A stretch of 64,000 nucleotides of DNA from Escherichia phage vB_EcoM_JB75. How positions within the stretch are numbered: position 1 is the stretch's first letter; each line of letters starts with the position of its first letter. A program made the position numbers and the translations under genes. The notes beneath the pieces were generated by a model. The model saw only the letters and a program-made list of their open reading frames with translations, was not told the origin of the DNA and made no database searches. The DNA is taken from the sequence record MH355584.1; one strand, written 5' to 3'. This document shows, in pieces, positions 62,496 through 64,000 of this stretch.

Positions 62496-64000
62496 TTAGA
62501 TACCTTTAACATATACACGGCGGAAGTAAGCGTTTTTACCAAGGCTATTCAGAATAGAAGGCATACCGCTCTGGATGCGAGAAGCCGGAGCCTGAGCAGC
62601 GGATTCTGCAAATGGGTTGATACCGATACCGTAACGAGTTTTGAATCCCATTACCGGTTGGAAGTTCTTCGGATCGGAACCACGCAGCGGAGTCAGAGCT
62701 ACATATGGAGCATAGTAAATACCAGCATCCATTTCGTTCGGACCTTTATAACCTACGGTGAAATAATCCTGTTTAGCATACTGGTCGATATATACACGGT
62801 ATTTACCACCCAGAACACCAGCAAATACTGACTTGGTAGTATCAGTGTTAAAGCCAGTAGCCAGACCTTGTGCAGCATAAGAAATGCCGGTATCAACTGA
62901 AGCCAGAACGTTAACTACGTTACGGGAAGCGATAATGAAGTTACCTTCGCCGCGACCAGTCTGACGAGCAATTTCAACTGCTTCTTTGTCAATCTGGAAC
63001 AACAGAGCTTTAAAGGATTCACCTGCCCAGCGAGCACCACGAATATCGATTGGGTCCTGGAAGTCAAATACACCAGCTTTAGAACCCGGAGTCAGGGTCA
63101 TACCAGATTTACCAACCTGAGCGGAGTAGTTAATCCAATCAACAACTTCGCGGTTGATTTCCAGCATAATTTCGGTAGCCAGAATACCAGACAGTTCAGC
63201 ATCAGCATCCATACCGTGAACAGCGCGAAGGTCTTGTGCTAATTCAATAGAGTAAGCAGCTTTCAGCTGACGAGATTTAGCTTCGATAACTTGCTTATCG
63301 ATACGGAAGCCCATTTCATTCCATGGGTTATCGGTAGAACCGTTAAAACCTTCCTGAAGTTCAGCGATAGAAGTAGCCATACCTTCAGCGATTTCTACCA
63401 GTACACCAGCTTCCATTTGTTTCTTAATTTCAGCATCTAATTTGTCTGCGTCAGATGCGCCTGAATCAATTTGTTTAACTTCTGTAGCTTGCAGATATAC
63501 TGTACCAGTTTCCTGGAAGAAGTGAGTGTAAATAGTTCCGACTTCAAGAGTATCACTTGCTTTCAAAGCAGCGAATTTCTTAGCAGCACCCTGACCAGAG
63601 AACATTGCATCTGGACCATACATTGGGTGGAATGCTTCTTTAGCACCGGAAGCGATTGGGTCTTTACCATATACTGCGCGCAGTGCGAATACTTGGCCAG
63701 TCGGGCTGTTCATTGGCTGAACACCACAAATATCGAAAGCAATCAGGTTAGGAATAGCACGACGTACCATACCCATAACAGCTGGGCCAATCTGAGTTAC
63801 TGCTCCAGAAGTCTGACCTGCAGCGATGTTGGTAGCATTGTAACCGTGGTCACCACCGATTTCAGCTTCTGTTAAGAAAGAACCGAATGCCTGAGCAATT
63901 TTTTCGTCTTTATATTCCGGAGCTGTCTGGAAATCTTTTTCCTGGTTTTCAAAGATTTTAGCGATAATCGCTTGTTTGCTATTAGCAATTTCCGGTAAAC
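62496..64000 (-). CDS. 23: major capsid protein gp23 (partial; N-terminus lies beyond the window end)
   Basis: Reverse-strand frame stays open to the window edge and reads LPEIANSKQAIIAKIFENQ...MGMVRRAIPNLIAFDICGVQPMNSPTGQVF, matching recalled T4 gp23; the track's Met is internal. Confidence 0.95.
   Translation of the reverse strand, partial: LPEIANSKQAIIAKIFENQEKDFQTAPEYKDEKIAQAFGSFLTEAEIGGDHGYNATNIAAGQTSGAVTQIGPAVMGMVRRAIPNLIAFDICGVQPMNSPTGQVFALRAVYGKDPIASGAKEAFHPMYGPDAMFSGQGAAKKFAALKASDTLEVGTIYTHFFQETGTVYLQATEVKQIDSGASDADKLDAEIKKQMEAGVLVEIAEGMATSIAELQEGFNGSTDNPWNEMGFRIDKQVIEAKSRQLKAAYSIELAQDLRAVHGMDADAELSGILATEIMLEINREVVDWINYSAQVGKSGMTLTPGSKAGVFDFQDPIDIRGARWAGESFKALLFQIDKEAVEIARQTGRGEGNFIIASRNVVNVLASVDTGISYAAQGLATGFNTDTTKSVFAGVLGGKYRVYIDQYAKQDYFTVGYKGPNEMDAGIYYAPYVALTPLRGSDPKNFQPVMGFKTRYGIGINPFAESAAQAPASRIQSGMPSILNSLGKNAYFRRVYVKGI

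Overview
This window is a contiguous 64 kb segment of a T-even (T4-like, Tequatrovirus-type) coliphage genome, read in reverse orientation to the usual T4 map, running from rIIB (start of window) to the major capsid gene 23 (partial, runs off the 3' end). Gene order and protein lengths match T4 almost gene for gene: rIIB, denB, ndd, stp, ac, 52, motA, asiA on +; holin t, 38, 37, 36, 35, 34 on -; then rnh, dsbA, 33, 59, 32, frd, td, nrdA, nrdB, denA, rnlA, alc, spanins, pseT, cd, 31, rIII, 30, two alt paralogs on +; baseplate hub genes 54, 48, 29, 28, 27, 51 on -; 26, 25, uvsY on +; uvsW on -; inh, hoc, rnlB on +; 24 and 23 on -. Identifications rest on recalled T4 protein sequences, catalytic motifs visible in the ORF translations, protein length and synteny; no database search was run. 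I do not see a clearly novel multi-gene system here. The most notable departures from T4 as I recall it are: td and nrdB are intronless and no homing-endonuclease genes are present; gp38 is the long glycine-rich T2-type adhesin rather than the T4-type; an extra ORF sits at the frd/td junction; and a 400 bp GC-rich non-coding island lies after rIII. The latter two are the best candidates for something undescribed. No tRNA, rRNA, CRISPR array, integrase or transposase was found.
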